This document shows, one piece after another, positions 11,880-23,745 of a stretch of 32,000 nucleotides of DNA; the first letter of the stretch is position 1, and each line of letters opens with the position of its first letter. Below the pieces are notes generated by a model, which saw only the letters and a program-made list of their open reading frames with translations, searched no databases and was not told the origin of the DNA. Origin of the DNA: Mycoplasmoides genitalium G37 (GTDB lineage: Bacteria; Bacillota_I; Bacilli_A; Mycoplasmatales; Mycoplasmoidaceae); NCBI RefSeq assembly GCF_000027325.1, contig NC_000908.2, positions 510,001 through 542,000 of the forward strand, written 5' to 3'. Position numbers and translations under genes: made by a program.

Positions 11880-12314
11880 TCAATTAAGTAATGTTGGTTT
11901 TTGTGCTTCCATGTTGTGCTTATCATTCTTAAAAACATGTACTTTAGTTATTAATCTTCTGCTTAAACGATTATCAGGTAACATTCCCTTAACAGCATTG
12001 AAAACAAGTTTATCTGAATTTTTGTTTATCATATCCCTTCCACTAGTTTTTTTAATTCCACCCATGTATTGAGAGTGATGATATCAAAACTCATTGTCTT
12101 TTTTATTTCCAGTTAAAACCACTTGATCACTGTTAATAATTATTAGATGATCTCCACAATCTTGATTAGGAGTAAAATTAGCTTTATTTTTTCCTCTAAT
12201 TAAATTTGCAGCTTTAACTGCTAATTTGCCTAAAACCAAACCACTAGCGTCAACAAGATACCACTTCCTGTTTTTAATGGCTTCTTCCTTTGTAAGCATC
12301 GATGTTTTTTGCAT
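11880..12314 (-). CDS. rplM: 50S ribosomal protein L13
   Basis: '[27 protein letters not shown]...[12 protein letters not shown]...[31 protein letters not shown]'; two track fragments in one frame, broken at TGA. Confidence 0.96.
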
Positions 12315-12351
12315 ATATTTAGATACAAAACCGCATTCTATTTTAATATTA

Positions 12352-14145
12352 TTACTTTTCTTCAAAAAGTCCTTTAAAGTATTTATCCACCATTTTTTGT
12401 GATAAAGAGCGTTTCTTTTCTTTTAAAAAAGGCTTAGCTAAGTTTTCCAATTGGGTTAAGTTCAACACTTCAGTTTGATACTTTTGATTTTTTGTTTCTT
12501 CAGTAATTGTTGTTTTATATTGATGCTCACTAAAAGATGCTAAGAATAAATTTTGGTTAAAAATCTGAAATATAGTTGCTTGTACATTACCTTCTTCTAT
12601 TGCCTCTTTTCAAAGTCTCATAGCAATTTTTTGATCTTCAAATAAGATAACTATCCCAAATGAAGAAGCTTTTACTATTTTGGTTGCTTTCACTATATCA
12701 CGAGCACTATATTTGTCTATAAAGTTATTGAAATAACTTAAATTATTCTGTTTATCTTTATCATTAAATTTAGTTTGAAAAACACTTAAAAGATTTTGAA
12801 AATGATTAATTCATTTATTGTCATTAAATGCATTAATTGCAAGAGCAATATTGGCAAGATTTAGTTTGCTTGTATCTAAGAATTTGTTATTAGTAACTTC
12901 ATCATTTTTAGGTGTCTTTTCTGATTTATCTATAAAAGATTTTTCAAATAAAGAAAAGTGCTTTTGGTCTTGTTTGTGATTTGATTTTTTTATTTTTTTC
13001 TTTTCCAAATATTCAGTTTCTAAGTGTAGAGATTTTTCATTACTTGGTGAGCTTATTGTTAAAGGTTTTTGATTAAAAAATTCATTATAGCTAATAACAA
13101 TAGCTTTTAGCCTATCAATTAAAGTTAATTGACTTAAACCAAAATTAGTATTTTCTTCAATGGCCTTAATTAAAAACGCATAATGCTGCTTTTCAAAATT
13201 AAGTGTTTCTATCATTGTTTTTTCAGTTGAATCTAAAACATTAATATTTTTTAGTTTTGCATACGCATATAAATTAACTGTTAGCGCAAACAACTCTCTT
13301 AAGAAGTAAGTGAAATTTAGACCATTACTTTCAAAATCATCAAGCAAGTTAAATGCTTCTTTTATATCTCCTGATAAAACTGCTTTAATAAAAGTAAATT
13401 TTGCATTTCTATCAACGATATTAAATGTTTTTTCAACATCAGTAATACTAATTTTTTCACTATCAGAGAAATTGCTAATTTGATCTAGTAAGCTAAGCCC
13501 ATCACGCAATGAACCTTGGGATAAATCAGCAATTTTTATTAATGCATCTTTCTCTATCTTAATCTTTTCTTTTTTTGCTATATCATTTAATCTTTCAAGG
13601 ATTAAATCACTAGTTATTTTTTTAAAAAAGAAGCTTTGACATCTGGACAAAATTGTTAATGGAATCTTGTTAAATTCAGTAGTTGTAAAAATAAAAAGAA
13701 CATAAGGTGGTGATTCTTCTAAAGTTTTTAACAAGCCACCCCATGATTGGGTGGTTAACATGTGTGCTTCATCTAAAATATAAACCTTTTTTTTAAATGT
13801 GAAGGGATGATTGAAAACATTTTCTACCAACTCTCTAATATCATTAATACCATTTTTAGAAGCTGCATCTATCTCAACTATATCAATGGCACTATTAGTG
13901 TTAATACTTTTACACACATCACAACTATTACAAACATCAATTTGATCTCAATTTAAGCAGTTTATCGCTTTTGCTATTATCTTTGCAAAAGTAGTTTTAC
14001 CTGTTCCTCTTTCACCTGAAAAGATATAACCATTAGGTAGTTTATCCCTGTTAATAGCATTCACCAAGATTTTTCTTATCGATTCTTGTCCTAGGGTTTG
14101 TTTGAAATTGATTGGCCGATATTTTTGATAAAAAACTTGGTGCAT
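12352..14145 (-). CDS. dnaX: DNA polymerase III subunit gamma/tau (597 aa)
   Basis: '[45 protein letters not shown]', '[24 protein letters not shown]', '[14 protein letters not shown]'; joined across TGA; TAA at 12352-12354. Confidence 0.95.
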
Positions 14146-14150
14146 AATTT

Positions 14151-17015
14151 TTAAATTGAATCTGGTTTTAAAATTTTGGACAAATATTGGGCAGTATAAG
14201 ATTTATTAACTTGGTTTATAAGTTGTTCAGGTGTTCCTTGAGCAACAATTTGACCACCATTGTCACCACCTTCAGGACCTAAATCAATGATATAGTCAGC
14301 AACCTTAATAATATCTAAGTTATGTTCTATAACAACTACTGTATCACCATTCTTAATGATTCTTTGAATTATTGTTAATAGTTTGTTTATATCTTCTAAA
14401 TGTAAGCCAGTAGAGGGTTCATCTAAAACAAACAAAGTTTTACCAGTAGATTTTTTTTGTAAAAACTTAGATAACTTAATTCTCTGTGCTTCCCCACCTG
14501 AAAGAAAAGTGACATTAATACCTAATTGCAAATATTCTAAACCAACATCACATAACAACCTTAGTTTACGTGATATATTTGGGATAGCTTTAAAAAATTC
14601 ATAAGCTTCTTTACAAGACATTTGTAAAACATCAAAAATTGATTTTCCCAAATATTTAATTTCCAGTGTTTGTGAATTGTACTTCTTGCCATTACATACT
14701 TCACATTTGACATAAACATCAGGTAAAAAATGCATTTCAATGCGAATCACACCATCACCAAAACACTTATCACACCTACCACCTGGAACATTAAAAGAAA
14801 ATCGTGAATTTGTATATCCTCTTGCTTTAGCTTCTTTTGTGTTGGCAAATAAATCACGAATATCATCAAAAACACTAATATAGGTTGCAGGATTAGAACG
14901 TGGTGTTCTACCAATTGGGTCTTGAGAGACAACAATTATCTTATCAATGTTGTTAGCACCAATTATTTCCTTATATGTATCTTTTTTAACACCTTTACGA
15001 TAAAGAATTCTTTCTAAAGCTGGAACTAATGTTTGATTAATTAAAGAGGATTTTCCAGAACCTGAAACCCCTGTTATCAAAACCAATTTATTTAAAGGAA
15101 TGGTGACATTAATATTTTTCAAATTATTAACTTTAGCACCCTTGATAATAATTGTTTTACCATTACCACTATGTCTATTTTTTGGAATGGAGATTTGTTT
15201 TTTACCACTAAGATATTGTCCAGTAATTGAGTTTGAGTTTTCCATTACTTGTAAAGGTGTACCGCAAGCAACTAATTCACCACCTTCATTACCTGCTTTA
15301 GGACCAATATCAATTAAATAATCTGCCGCTAACATTGTTTCACTGTCATGCTCAACTACTAATAAGGTGTTACCTAAATCACGCATTACCATCATTGTTT
15401 TAATTAAACGCATATTGTCTTTTTGATGCAATCCAATAGAAGGTTCATCCATTACATATAAAACACCAGTAAGTTGAGAACCAATTTGGGTAGCTAATCT
15501 AATTCTTTGTGCTTCTCCACCTGACAGCGTAGAAGCTCTTCTTGCAAGATTAAGATAATCTAAACCAACATTTTTAAGAAAAGAAAGACGATTAATAATC
15601 TCTTTTAAAGCTAATTCACCGATCTTCTTTTGCTCATCATTTAACTCTAGTTTTAATAGAAAATCAATACTTTTATCAATGGAAAGTTCAGTAAAGCTAA
15701 TAATGTCAATTCCTCCTAACTTAACACTTAAAGCGTCTTTTATTAATTTTTTTCCATGACACTTTTTACATGTTATTTCAGACATGTATGCAGAATATCA
15801 TTCTCTACTTACTTGGCTGTTTGTTTCTAGGTGTCTTCTTTTAATTAAATTAGCTATCCCTTCATAATGCTCAAAGCGGATATTCTTAGCACCTGAATTG
15901 GAAATTGTTTTTATTTCAATAGGTTCATCACTTCCTTCTAAAATTAAATTAAGTTGTGACTTATCTAACTGTTCAATTGGTTTATCTAATGGAATTTTAT
16001 AGTGATTAACTAAAGATAAAAAGCGCTGTCAATCCAAAGAAGTTCCATGCACAATATTTTTAAAAATATCAATGGCTCCTTGGTTAATAGAAAGTTTAGA
16101 ATCAGCAATTATCTTGTCTACATCAGGTTCATAACTAAAACCAAGTCCTTTGCAATATGAACATGAACCTAAAGGGGAGTTAAAGGAAAATAATCTTGGT
16201 TCCAATTCACTAATAGAAAAACCACATTTATCACAACCATGATTTTTGCTGAAATTTAATATTGTTCCATCTTCCTTAAGAACTTCTATCTTGCCATTAG
16301 TTAACCTATCAATGGTTTCAATGCTATCAACTATCCTTGAATAAGTTTGATTATCTTTATTGATGATAATTCTATCGATCACTACACTAATGTTGTGTTT
16401 AGTATTTTTATCAAGTTTAATTTCATCATCTAAGGTGTAAATCTGGCCATCAACTAAGACTCTAAGAAAACCTAATTGCTTGTATTTAATAAATTCATTT
16501 GTAAAAATGCCGCGCTGATTTTTAACAGTAGGTGCTAATAATTGCACCTTTGATTTATTAGGTAAATCAAAAATCTGATTAGCAATTTGGTTAATTGTTT
16601 GCGTTTGAATAGAACCATGACCATTAGGACAATAAGGGGTCCCAATTCTAGCTCATAAAAGTCTTAGATAATCATAGATCTCAGTTACTGTACCCACAGT
16701 TGAACGTGGGTTATGTGAAGTGGTTTTTTGATCAATGGAAATTGCTGGTGATAATCCTTCTATAAGATCAACATCAGGTTTATCACTGTTACCTAAAAAT
16801 TGGCGTGCATAAGAAGATAGAGACTCTAAATATCTTCTTCTCCCCTCAGCATAAATTGTGTTAAATGCTAAGGAAGATTTACCTGATCCTGATAGACCAG
16901 TAATAACAACAAATTGATTTTTAGGGATATCAATGTTAATGTTTTTAAGGTTATTTTCTCTAGCACCTTTAACCCTTATAAAATCATTATTTTTTCATTC
17001 CGGTTTCAAAGTCAA
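14151..17015 (-). CDS. uvrA: Excinuclease ABC subunit A (954 aa), TTG start
   Basis: '[20 protein letters not shown]', '[36 protein letters not shown]', zinc-binding '[30 protein letters not shown]'. TTG at 17015-17013 is the plausible start; an in-frame TAG lies a few codons upstream. Confidence 0.95.
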
Positions 17016-19494
17016 TGTTTTTAATTGAAAAATTTTTAACTAACTTATTATTAGGATCATTGAAAATAAGCGCAATACCTTGTTTATTTTGATATGAGAT
17101 CAAAAGTCCACGAATGAAATTATAAGCGTGGTTAGTGAAATCATTGCAGCAGTTTATCATTAGTAACTTAGGATTTAACAAAAGTTTAAATAGCAAGTAA
17201 AGCTTTAGACTTTCATTTTTGTTAATTTTGTTTAAATCACTAAATAACATTCAGCTGCTAATACCATTCTTTTTGGTTTGATTTATCAATAAATTAATGT
17301 TGTTAATAAAGTTAAGTTTTTTAAGATTTTTTTGTGATCTTAAAAAGAAATTAATTGTTTTTAATTGTGAATTCAAAACATTAAGATAAAGCTTATTTGA
17401 AGCTTCTAAACGATTGATATTGCACTCTTCTGAATCAATAAAAAAAGTTCTCTTAATTTTCTTGTTTGTTTTTTTAAGTCTTAAGTGCAATGTTTTGTTT
17501 AAAATACAATATCTTTTCATGATGAATTTAATCTTTTGTAACTTTTGATTTGTTTCATCGCGAAAAATTCACTTAACTAAATTAATGTCTTTTAAAAGTA
17601 ATTTGTATTTTTGTTTGCATTTTTTTAGCTTTTGTTTTAGATCATTCTTGGTTTCTTTATTTGTTGTATCTGTTGTTGAAGAAAAACCGCGTGATGCTAA
17701 CAGGAAACTAACAGGGGTTTCAAAATTTAGATCTAAATATTTATTAATAACTTTGTCAACTAGAAAATTTCACTTTGGGGAGTTTAAATCATTTTTTAAC
17801 TTATCTTTTAGCAAACTAAAATGTGGTTCACTACGTCCTTCATTTCAAATAAAATCATTAGAACCACAACTTAAAAACTCATATTTATTAAAGAATTGTT
17901 GAAATTTTTTACTTAGGCTATTTCAAAGTGAAATAAGAACAAAATACAAGTTATTTAACTCATATTTTTGTCAGTTAATTTTTTGATAATTAGCTAATAA
18001 GCTTTCATAAAAATATTGCTTTATTTGAAATGCAAAGTTAAAAGTCTCCAAACTTTTTCTCATGCTGATTAAACCAATTGCATATTGCACTGTATCAATA
18101 AACTGTTTGAAAACTGTTTTTTGGATTAGAACTGAAAAACTGTTATTATGCTTACCTCTATAATGATTTTGATTTAATAAGATGTTTTCTTTTAGTTCAT
18201 TAACCAATTTTTCATGAACATACAAATTGTTTGATTGTTTAACAAAATTTTTAATAAAAGATAAACGTGCTTTGATCAAAAATTCATGAACCTCTTTTTT
18301 CGTTAGAATGAAACGTGCAGACATTATTTTAAGTTCTTGATTAATTGTCTGGTACTTTCAGTTCAAATTAGGACCTGATTTTAAGCTGATAATTTCTTGA
18401 TAAAGATTTTGAATATTAGCAAAGATTTTATTGACTAAATTAATACTTTCATCAATAGTTTCTACAAGTAATTTTGGAGAAAGTAAATCCATTTTCTTAA
18501 TTTCTTTCAAAAGTAAAATTCTTGTTTTAATCCGCTTAGATACAATCTTTTTTTCTAAAATTCTTTTTCTATAAAAATTAAAAAAACTTCTTCACTTAAT
18601 CTTTCAACCACTAAAAATTAAAGAAAAGGTGAATGAATTAATTAATTGCAAAGCATTTTTATGTTGTTTTGAGAATGTTTTCTTAGCATCAAAAAGTCTT
18701 TGTTTAGCTCTTTCAATTTGCAATTTTTCAAAATAACTGTTATCTCGTGATTTAGCTTCATAAGCAGCTATTTTCAGTTTGTTTTTTAAGTTATTTTTTT
18801 GTTCGTTCAATGCATAGTAACGCTCAAAAAAACTTTTTATTACTTTGTTATTAAAAGTAAATAATTGATTGAAAAACATGCAATTAAAATCAACAAGTTC
18901 TCTTTCGTTTTTTTCAATTAAAGTTAAAAAATTATTGTATTCAAAATCAACTTGTTCAAAGTAGATTGAATTAATAAATTTTGATGTAAAAAACTGATTA
19001 ATGACTTTACTAGTTTTTTGATTAACATTTTCAATTTTCAAAATTGAAAACCTAAATAAATCATTAAGCGCATTAAAACCTAAAAATCACTTTAACTGTT
19101 TAGGTATATTCACTAAATTAAAGTAATTTTGATCTTTTTTATAACTTAAATCTTGTTTTAGAAAAATGCTAAATGAATTAGGAAATAACCACTTATTTTT
19201 ATTTCTTAAATCTATCTCTTCACATAAATTAAACTTAATTTTTTGAAGCGGTAAATATTGATGGTTATTAACAAGCAAAAACCCAGAATAGGGTTGTTTA
19301 TTTAACTGTAAAACTTGTGAAAGGGTTTTTCATTGTGCTTGATTTAAATTATCAATGAGATAGTTACCATACTTAAATAATGATAGCTTTGCAACCCCAA
19401 AATAGTTAGCATCTAAAAAGGAGGTACGAATCATTAATAATGACAAATCAACCCACTGTTCTAGATTATCAAAAAGAGATATTTTCTTTAGCAT
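16987..19494 (-). CDS. Uncharacterised 835 aa protein; ends resemble a degenerate ABC ATPase, separated by a long helical middle region
   Basis: Track fragments 16987..17250, 17251..17520, 17971..18324, 18604..19041 and 19087..19278 all share one frame, broken only at TGA; ATG at 19494-19492. Confidence 0.9.
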
Positions 19495-19531
19495 GTACCT
19501 TTCAAATTTTAATTGCTAATCTTTAAGGTAC

Positions 19532-21217
19532 TTAAATAGAAATAATAGTTGAAAGAATTAAGGGTGCTTTTGATGTCATCTTGGTGAATAAATTCATTAC
19601 TGCTCGTTTAATAGAAACCTTCAATTCTTTTGAAATTTCTTTACCTATTCGTTTTTTAATCGTGGTGAAATCCTTAATATCATTAATTTGTTTTTTAATT
19701 AATTCTTCCATTTTTGTTTTTAGTTTATCTTTTTCTGGTACATCTAAAGATACTCCTAAAAAAGAATAAGTTATCTCATTTAAGAATTCACTCTTTTTTT
19801 GATCAAAATAAATGATTATGATCACAACTCCAGATTCTGACATTTGATCACGTTCAAACATAATGCTAGCTCCAATTTCTTGTAATCCAGCAGAATCAAC
19901 ACACTTAGGATTTAATTTCAATTCATTTTTTTTGCTATCTAGTTTTTTGTTTTCAATAGTTAAAACTTCACCGTTAAAAAGAATTAAGATTTGATTTTGC
20001 TCAGCGCCAGCTTGTTTTAAAACCATTGTGAAGTTTATAAAATCCCTATAAAGTCCACCAGTTGGAATAATATATTTTGGTTTTAAAGAACTAACTAAAA
20101 ACTTCATATCTTCATCACTTGCTTGGATAGAAAGGATTTCTCTACCTAAGTTGTAATAACTAACTTCATTACGTGCAATATCATCAAGGATTTGTGCTTC
20201 TATCTCTTCATAGCCAGCAACTTTAGGAGTCATAAAGATAAAAGTATCACTCTTACGATAACGAATTCTTTCATCTTCGTTCATTCCAATTTTGAATAAT
20301 TTAGCATACAACTTATCAGGTGGTGAGGTGAGAACAACAATACTGTTGGTTGAATTGTTAATCTCCTCAATAGAAATGGTATTTAAATGCGTGTTATTAA
20401 ACAATTTTTGACGCACAATTGTGTTAAAGAGATGCACAAATGATTGTGAATAGATAATAAAAGGACGATTTTGCATCCTTGCAATCTGGGCAAGAGTCAT
20501 AACACTGTAAGCATTTGAATCATAACAAGCTACAAATATTCTGCCTTTGGCTGGAGTTATGATCCTGTTTAACTGTTCTAATGACTTGTGTTTAGGTGTT
20601 GTAAAACCACTGTTTCTACCAACTAAACCAACTCCTGTTATTAATAACAATGTATTGTCAGAAAGTTTAGGGATAATTTGATTTAGTTGATTTTCAAAAG
20701 CAATGTTCTTATCATTTAAAACAATGAAATCATCAATAAAAACGATGTAACCATTATCAGTATTTAAAGCAAATCCAAATGATGATGGTAAAGAACTTGA
20801 TACTTTAAAAGGGGTAATAGAATGATTAGAAATTTCGATTGTTTCAAGTGGTTTTAATTCATGAATTTCCAATTTATCACGTGCAATATTAAGTTTGTTT
20901 TCATTAATTTTGCTTTTAATTATAGAAGCGCCTATTGAACTTGTGTAAATAGGAAAAAATCCTACTGTATGGAACAAAAATTCTAATGATCCTAAGTTTT
21001 CAGTAATGGCATTACCTATAAAAATACCTTTAACTCTTGCTTGATTTTCTTGAATTCAACTAAAATCAGGAATAATTTTTTTAACACCTAAAACTGCTGT
21101 TGTTGGTGTTAAGCTACCAACATTAAAGATAAACACATCATTGTCAATTTCAAGCACATAGCAATTTTTACCACGTTCATCTTGACCGCCGAGCGCAAAG
21201 AATTTAATCTTAGCCAT
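19532..21217 (-). CDS. RNase J family (metallo-beta-lactamase/beta-CASP) protein with degenerate active site (561 aa)
   Basis: N-terminus MAKIKFFALGGQDERGKNCYVLEIDNDVFIFNVG; 'KPKYIIPTGGLYRDF', 'NQILILFNGEVLTI' and 'FGFALNTDNGYIVFIDDF' align with RNase J; ATG at 21217-21215; extends the track ORF across TGA. Confidence 0.88.
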
Positions 21218-21219
21218 TT

Positions 21220-21480
21220 TTAACCCCGGAGGTTTAAATTTTTAATCAAATCACGGTAGGTTTCAATATTACGTTCTTTTAGATATTTAAGTAGCCGTTT
21301 TCTTTTTGATACCTTTGTATATAAACCACGCTTAGAAATAAAATCCTTTTTGTTTGCTAACAGGTGGTCTGTTAATTTTTTAATCTGATCTGTTAATATA
21401 GAGATTTGTACTTGCACACTGCCAACATCGTTTTTGTGAAGTTGATGAGCCTTAATGATTTGTTCTTTATCAATTTTCAT
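21220..21480 (-). CDS. rpsO: 30S ribosomal protein S15
   Basis: 'HKNDVGSVQVQISILTDQIKKLTDHL..KKDFISKRGLYTKVSKRKRLLKYLKERNIETYRDLIKNLNLRG'. Confidence 0.96.
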   Translation of the reverse strand: MKIDKEQIIKAHQLHKNDVGSVQVQISILTDQIKKLTDHLLANKKDFISKRGLYTKVSKRKRLLKYLKERNIETYRDLIKNLNLRG

Positions 21481-21499
21481 TAATTAATAAACACGTTGA

Positions 21500-21505
21500 A
21501 TTATA
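21500..21505 (-). promoter_or_regulatory. Candidate -10 box (TATAAT on minus strand) for the rpsO operon
   Basis: Plus strand 'attata' at 21500-21505, about 20 nt upstream of the rpsO ATG. Confidence 0.35.
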
Positions 21506-21668
21506 ACAAAATTAGAAAACGGCTCATTGCCAAGGTTAGAAGTAATAAATTCTCCTACTTACTTATTACTTATAATAAATATAGTTTTTATTTTTATTAA
21601 TAAATTCTCTCGATATTTTCGATATTTAAATCTATACATCTAAACAAATTAACAAAGCCATTTAACTT

Positions 21669-23018
21669 ATGGACTCAACCTTTCATGAGCTTGGGATCTC
21701 TCAAACTTTAATTGAAACGCTTAATGCGCTTCATATTAATAAGCCAACAAAAATTCAACAAATCTCTATCCCTCAGTTTTTATCAGAAAAAAACTTAATA
21801 GTTCACTCGCCAACAGGAACTGGTAAAACTGCTGCTTTTGCAATTCCCATAATTGAGAAGCTATTAAAAGAAGATCAAACAGCAAAACCAACTTTAGTAA
21901 TTGCTCCAACAAGAGAATTAGTAGAACAGATTAAAACCACATTTTCAAATATTGCTAAAAATAAAAAACTAAGAATTATTAGTTTAATTGGTGGTGTACC
22001 TGCTTGAAAACAAATCAAAAAAATCAAAACAAATCCCCAAATAATAGTTGGTACTATGGGTAGAATTATGGATCTTTTAGAGCGTAAAGCAATTCATTTT
22101 AGCGATTTAGAACACCTAATTATTGATGAAGTTGATTTAATGTTAGACCGTGGTTTTAAAAAACAAATTTTTAATTTACTAGAACAAATCAATTCCTTTA
22201 AACAAATTGCTGTTTATTCAGCTAGTTACAACCAAGAAGCTATTAACATTGCCAAGCAAATTACTAATAATGGGATCTTTATTGGATCACCTGAATTTAA
22301 TAAAGACGCAAATACCAATAATGATAAACTAATCAAACAATTTGTTTGTTATCTATTTTCAGATCAAAAAAAGCAAGCTTTATACAGCCTTATAAAAACA
22401 GCACAAGTTAAGTCAATCATTGTTTTTTGTGACACTAAAAAACTAGTTGATGATCTTCATGTATTTTTAAGAAAAAATGAATTAAGAACTTTTGCACTTC
22501 ATGGTGATAAAAAACAATTTATTAGAGAGAGAAATCTTAAAATCTTTGCCAATACAAAACAACCCACGATTCTAGTAACTACTGATCTTATTGGTCGTGG
22601 TATCCATGTTGAAGCAATCGATATGGTTATCAATTATTCAGCTTGTTTAAATCTAGAAGCTTATATAAATAGAATGGGAAGGACTGGCAGAAACAATCAT
22701 AAAGGGACATGTGTAACTTTCTGCACCTCACAAGAAAAGAAAGTCTTTCTGAAAATGGTTGAGAAAATCACTGATAATCGAATAGCTGAATGTAAACAAA
22801 TGGAAATAAAGTTAATTCCTTTAAAAAATAAAGCTAAAACTAAAAAAGGTGGTATTTCACTTGATTGTGTTCAGAAAATATATGCCAATGCAAAACCATA
22901 TGACCGTAATAAACGTGTCCCTTTAGCAAGTGATCTTTTCAAAAGTCGTATGCGCCAGCCTGAAAAAGCTATGCAAAAGCAAAAAATTCATGACAATGAC
23001 TGACAAAGTAATATGTAA
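21669..23018 (+). CDS. deaD: DEAD-box ATP-dependent RNA helicase (449 aa)
   Basis: '[16 protein letters not shown]', '[10 protein letters not shown]', '[14 protein letters not shown]', 'NRMGRTGR'; frame continues across TGA at 23001-23003 to TAA at 23016-23018. Confidence 0.93.
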
Positions 23019-23040
23019 TAACAATTTATAAAATACTTGT

Positions 23041-23235
23041 ATGGCAAAAAAAGACCAACTTACCTTAAGAGGGCCTTTGTATGGCAATAATCGTTCTCAT
23101 TCCAAAACTATTACAAGAAGAAAATGGAATGTAAACCTTCAGTCATGCAAAATTAAAGATACTAATGGTAAAGTAACACGGATTCTAGTTTCAACTAAAA
23201 CAATTCGTACCCTTAAAAAACAAAATCGTTTCTAA
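23041..23235 (+). CDS. rpmB: 50S ribosomal protein L28
   Basis: MAKKDQLTLRGPLYGNNRSHSKTITRRKWNVNLQSCKIKDTNGK..TRILVSTKTIRTLKK. Confidence 0.94.
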   Translation: MAKKDQLTLRGPLYGNNRSHSKTITRRKWNVNLQSCKIKDTNGKVTRILVSTKTIRTLKKQNRF

Positions 23236-23270
23236 TTTAAATTTAAGTTAAACTTAATCCATAAGCATAT

Positions 23271-23696
23271 ATGGATAAAAAATACGATATCACAGCTGTT
23301 TTGAACGATGATAGTTCTATTAATGCAGTAAGCGATAACTTCCAAATAACACTGGATGCACGACCAAAAGAAAAATCTAAAGGCATTAATCCTCTGTCAG
23401 CTTTTTTGGCTGGTTTAGCTGCATGTGAACTTGCAACTGCTAATGCGATGGCAGCTGCTAAGATGATAACTTTGAACAAGGCACTGATTAACATCAAAGG
23501 TTATCGTTTAACAAATCCTAGTGATGGTTATTTTGGCCTACGTGAACTTAACATTCACTGAGAAATTCACTCTCCTAATGAGGAAGAAGAGATTAAAGAA
23601 TTCATTGATTTTGTAAGTAAACGTTGTCCTGCTCATAACACTTTGCATGGAACTAGCAATTTTAAGATAAATATTAGCGTTACTTTAGTCCACTAA
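23271..23696 (+). CDS. osmC: OsmC/Ohr family peroxiredoxin-like protein (141 aa)
   Basis: 'NPLSAFLAGLAACELATANAMA' and downstream 'VSKRCPAHNTLHG' contain the two conserved OsmC cysteines; read across one TGA to TAA at 23694-23696. Confidence 0.88.
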
Positions 23697-23713
23697 AACT
23701 TATTAAAAAAGCG

Positions 23714-23745
23714 AAAAATACCTGTAATTTTGCAGGTATTTTTTT
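23714..23745 (+). terminator. Intrinsic terminator downstream of osmC
   Basis: aaaaatacctg-taattttg-caggtattttt: about 11 bp perfect stem followed by a T run. Confidence 0.85.

Noticed and set aside
14747-14935. 62 aa minus-strand ORF
   Set aside because: Out of frame within uvrA, which is fully supported in the other frame.
17585-17902. 105 aa plus-strand ORF
   Set aside because: Antisense to the 835 aa gene; Phe/Leu/Ser-rich shadow of a Lys/Asn-rich coding strand.
21213-21240. GC-rich near-palindrome 'ttaaccccggaggttta' between rpsO and the RNase J-like gene
   Set aside because: It looked like a hairpin, but it encodes the last residues of S15 (NLNLRG) and has a mismatch and almost no loop, so coding use explains it.
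23243-23497. 84 aa minus-strand ORF with hydrophobic/Ala-rich stretch
   Set aside because: Antisense to osmC, whose sequence and cysteines are well supported.
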